From contig CAYHYM010000010.1 of assembly GCA_964360965.1 (NCBI GenBank), forward strand, positions 19,495 to 26,973: a stretch of 7,479 nucleotides of DNA. The letters are read 5' to 3'. A program made the translations under genes and the position numbers. This document shows positions 5,289 to 7,479 of the stretch, piece after piece (position 1 is the first letter of the stretch; each line of letters opens with the position of its first letter). Below the pieces are notes generated by a model. That model did not search any database. It saw only the letters and a list, made by a program, of their open reading frames with translations, and was not told where the DNA came from. The DNA comes from an uncultured Gammaproteobacteria bacterium. GTDB lineage: Bacteria; Patescibacteriota; Microgenomatia; Daviesbacterales; UBA10151.

Positions 5289-5467
5289 TTAAACTTAAGG
5301 GTAAAGGTGCTCCAAGGTTAAATGGTGGCCACGGAGATCATTATGTTAGGGTAAACTTAAATGTTCCCCAAAACCCTTCTAAAGAGGAAAAACAACTTTA
5401 TGAAGAATTATATCACTTATCCTCCCCGCCTGCCGGCGAGGCAAGCAAGAAAAAAGGCTGGTTTTAG
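5279..5467 (+). pseudogene. dnaJ: 3' portion of dnaJ displaced into the -1 frame
   Basis: The frame starting near 5252 reads ...GKSPSGTQPGSLVKLKGKGAPRLNGGHGDHYVRVNLNVPQNPSKEEKQLYEELYHLS...*. This matches the canonical DnaJ C-terminus (P.GTQPG..F.LKGKG.P.L.G...GD.YV.V.V..P..L...Q..L...L). It has no start codon of its own and ends at TAG 5465-5467. Confidence 0.85.
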
Positions 5468-5469
5468 GC

Positions 5470-5498
5470 TTGACTTAAATTTGTCAAAAAGTTACAAT
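5470..5498 (+). promoter_or_regulatory. near-consensus sigma70-type promoter upstream of nusA
   Basis: TTGACT (5470-5475), a 17-bp spacer, then TACAAT (5493-5498). The -35 is part of a small palindrome, ttgac-ttaaatt-gtcaa (5470-5486). Confidence 0.6.
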
Positions 5499-5503
5499 AT
5501 GGC

Positions 5504-5530
5504 TGGTGGGTGTTAACCCACCAATTTTTT
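5504..5530 (+). terminator. intrinsic-terminator-like hairpin plus T tract between dnaJ and nusA
   Basis: Stem tggtgggt (5504-5511) / acccacca (5516-5523) with loop gtta, followed by a T6 run (5525-5530). It lies 37 nt after the dnaJ stop and 4 nt before the nusA ATG. Confidence 0.6.
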
Positions 5531-5533
5531 ACC

Positions 5534-6589
5534 ATGCAAGTAAGAACTGAATTTGCAGCAGCGCTAAATCAAATAGCCTCTGAAAAAGGGGTTGAACCGT
5601 TAGTGGTTTTAAATGCCATCAAACTGGCTGCTTTGGCTGCTTATAAAAAAGATCTGATGCTTCGCAACGAGCCTGTTCCTGAGGATGTTGAACAGTTTAC
5701 CTCTGATGTTAATGCTGCCACCGGTGAGATTTCCATTTTTGATGGCAAAAAAAATGTTACCCCTCCCGGCTTTGCCAGAATTGCGGCATCTATTGCCAGA
5801 CAGGTGATAATGCAAAGGCTTTATGAGGCAGAAAAAGAGGCAATGTTGAAGGAGTTTGAGGATAAAATTGGGACAGTGATGTCAGGGTCTATCCAGCGCC
5901 AGGAAGGCAGTATCTATTTTGTTGACCTGGGAAGAGCAGAAGGGGTTTTACCCACGGCTGAGCAGACGCAGGGAGAGTTGTATCATCCAAATCAGAGACT
6001 AAAATTTTTTATCAAAGAAATTCGGGAAGAGGGAAGAGGGCCACAAGTGGTACTGTCAAGATCAGATCCGGGTCTTGTCAGGGGACTTTTTAAGCTGGAG
6101 GTACCGGAACTGCAAACAGGAAGGGTGGAAATAAAGGTCGTTGCCAGGGAAGCAGGAGGAAGATGTAAAATTGCAGCTTCTTCACTGCAGGAAGGAGTAG
6201 ATGCGGTAGGCGCTTTGGTGGGACAAAATGGGGGGAGAGTACAGGCAGTGATGCAGGAGCTGGGAGAAGAAAAAATAGATATTATTGCTTATTCGGATGA
6301 CCCTGCCCGTTTTATTGCTGCAGCTTTATCCCCAGCAAAGGATGTTCAAGTTAAGTTGAATGAAGCAGATAAAGTTGCCACTGTGACTATTCCTCAAAGC
6401 CAGCTGTCTTTGGCCATTGGTAAAGGTGGACAAAATGTTAGGTTAGCTGCCAAATTAACTGGTTGGAAGATAGATATTGTAGGTGCAGAAGAGCCTGAAG
6501 CAGTACCAACAGATTCTAGTAAAACAGTAGAAAAACCAGAGAAGTTAGAGGAGCAGAGTGTCAGTGGGTCAGAAAATCAGTCTAAGTAG
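5534..6589 (+). CDS. nusA: transcription termination/antitermination factor NusA (351 aa; N-terminal, S1, KH1 and KH2 domains, no C-terminal AR repeats)
   Basis: MQVRTEFAAALNQIASEKGVEP... is a typical NusA N-terminus. ...GTVMSGSIQRQEGSIYFVDLGRAEGVLP is the S1 domain. ...RSDPGLVRGLFKLEVPE..G.VEIK..AREAG.R.KIA... and ...LSLAIGKGGQNVRLAAKLTGWKIDI are the KH domains. I prefer ATG 5534 over the ORF-track start at 5510, which lies inside the hairpin. Confidence 0.93.
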   Translation: MQVRTEFAAALNQIASEKGVEPLVVLNAIKLAALAAYKKDLMLRNEPVPEDVEQFTSDVNAATGEISIFDGKKNVTPPGFARIAASIARQVIMQRLYEAEKEAMLKEFEDKIGTVMSGSIQRQEGSIYFVDLGRAEGVLPTAEQTQGELYHPNQRLKFFIKEIREEGRGPQVVLSRSDPGLVRGLFKLEVPELQTGRVEIKVVAREAGGRCKIAASSLQEGVDAVGALVGQNGGRVQAVMQELGEEKIDIIAYSDDPARFIAAALSPAKDVQVKLNEADKVATVTIPQSQLSLAIGKGGQNVRLAAKLTGWKIDIVGAEEPEAVPTDSSKTVEKPEKLEEQSVSGSENQSK

Positions 6590-6618
6590 TATGAGAACCA
6601 GTCAATCTAAAGATTTTT

Positions 6619-7479
6619 ATGGCAGAAAACATAAGACCACCTATTGTAACCATCCTTGGCCATGTTGATCATGGTAAGACTACCTTACTCGATTTTATCC
6701 GTAAATCTAATGTAGCCTCCAAAGAACATGGTGGAATTACCCAACACATTGGTGCCTACCAGATTGAGGTTCCGCAGGAACCGAAATCCCGAGAGAGCGA
6801 AGCGAATCGAGGGATCCTTCGGCAAGTCTTCGACTCCGAGGACTTCGACGGTGAGCTCAGTCGAACCGTCGCTCAGACTCGAGGAGCTCAGGATGATTTT
6901 GCGAATAACCGCAAAATCACTTTCATAGATACTCCTGGTCATGCTGCCTTTGAAAAAATGCGATCTCGGGGTGCAAAGGTTGCGGATATCGCAGTACTGG
7001 TGGTGGCAGTTGATGATGGAATAATGCCTCAAACTATTGAGTCCATAAAACATATTCAGGAAGCAAAGATTCCCTTGATTGCGGCAGTTAATAAGGTAGA
7101 TTTAGCAGGAATTAATTTAAAAGTTCAACTGGAAAAGATCAAAAAACAACTTTCAGATAAAGGAGTTTTGGTTGAAGAATATGGTGGAGATGTGCCTGTT
7201 GTGCCTTTGTCAGCAAAAACAGGAGAAGGAGTAGATAAGCTTTTGGAGATGATTTCACTTGTTGCAGAAATGCATGAGATAAAAGGGGATCCTCAAACTC
7301 CTGCATCCGGGGTGGTAATTGAAGCTAATTTAGATAAATTTAAAGGACCTATTGCCACAATTTTGGTAAGGAATGGCCAACTTAAGAAAGGTGACCAGAT
7401 AATGGTTGGTGGAGTAAAAGGAAGAGTTCGTGGGATGTTTGATTTTTCAGGTAAAAGCTTAGATCAGGCTGGACCATCA
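6619..7479 (+). CDS. infB: translation initiation factor IF-2, 5' part (3' end outside the window), carrying a 47-codon in-frame insertion
   Basis: Not listed in the ORF track because there is no stop in the window. I read the frame codon by codon through 6960 (the whole insert and both junctions) and translated the rest at sight, without seeing a stop from ATG 6619 to 7479. [25 protein letters not shown] (G1), [10 protein letters not shown] (G2), [10 protein letters not shown] (G3), NKVD (G4), SAKTG (G5), then ...[29 protein letters not shown]... (domain II). An in-frame TGA at 6592-6594 rules out any N-terminal extension. Confidence 0.93.
   Translation, partial: MAENIRPPIVTILGHVDHGKTTLLDFIRKSNVASKEHGGITQHIGAYQIEVPQEPKSRESEANRGILRQVFDSEDFDGELSRTVAQTRGAQDDFANNRKITFIDTPGHAAFEKMRSRGAKVADIAVLVVAVDDGIMPQTIESIKHIQEAKIPLIAAVNKVDLAGINLKVQLEKIKKQLSDKGVLVEEYGGDVPVVPLSAKTGEGVDKLLEMISLVAEMHEIKGDPQTPASGVVIEANLDKFKGPIATILVRNGQLKKGDQIMVGGVKGRVRGMFDFSGKSLDQAGPS
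6769..6909. repeat. 141-nt GC-rich palindromic repeat block inserted in frame in the infB G domain
   Basis: 79/141 G+C (56%) by hand count, against 23/60 in 6661-6720 and 20/60 in 7081-7140. Hairpins: ggttcc-gca-ggaacc (6767-6781), atccc...gggat (6786-6815) and gacggt-N12-accgtc (6846-6869). The GGATCCTTCG, (C)TTCGAC x2, GCTCAG x3 and GCTCAGGA motifs are shared with the dnaK tail repeats. Other bacterial IF2 proteins have only about 5-8 residues here (E. coli AYHVETENGMITFLDTPGH). Confidence 0.7.

Noticed and set aside
5609-5815. Minus-strand 68-aa ORF inside nusA
   Set aside because: It is antisense to a well-supported CDS.
6769-6909. Intein or intron in infB
   Set aside because: 47 codons is far too short for an intein, and the junctions lack the Cys/Ser/Thr ... 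His-Asn signature. The frame stays open and composition and palindromes point to a repeat element. I could discern no group I or II intron features.
6685-7053. ORFs 6685-7053 (-) and 6728-6928 (+) listed in the ORF track
   Set aside because: Both overlap the unlisted but unambiguous infB frame (6619 onward). They stay open only because the GC-rich palindromic insert lacks stop codons in several frames. That is itself informative about the insert, but these are not genes.

Overview
AT-rich bacterial window (about 33-38% GC in the housekeeping stretches I hand-counted). It carries two + strand housekeeping blocks: grpE (3' end)-dnaK ... dnaJ, and nusA-infB. The gene content fits a small-genome uncultivated bacterium (CPR/Patescibacteria-like), but I cannot verify the lineage from sequence alone. 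About 1.95 kb of accessory DNA separates dnaK from dnaJ: an unrecognisable 199-aa ORF, a BrnT/BrnA-type toxin-antitoxin pair with its own promoter, a 93-nt in-frame duplicate of the dnaK 3' end, and a 93-aa stand-alone GIY-YIG nuclease gene framed by short GC-rich hairpin repeats. The most unusual signal is the repeat content. (1) One hairpin unit (AATTGGAT-stem-loop-stem-ATGAC) occurs five times with conserved flanks and covarying stems. It appears as a gene-less 75-bp inverted pair after grpE, as a second pair before the GIY-YIG gene, and as a solo copy overlapping that gene's stop codon. (2) A second GC-rich palindromic family (GGATCCTTCG...TTCGAC...GCTCAGGA) sits in frame inside essential genes, in the dnaK C-terminal tail and as a 141-nt (47-codon) insertion in the infB G domain. 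dnaJ lacks a zinc finger, is interrupted by a -1 frameshift at a C run, and sits behind a CIRCE-like inverted repeat that overlaps an extended -10 box. All coordinates and motifs were read by hand. No database search was possible.
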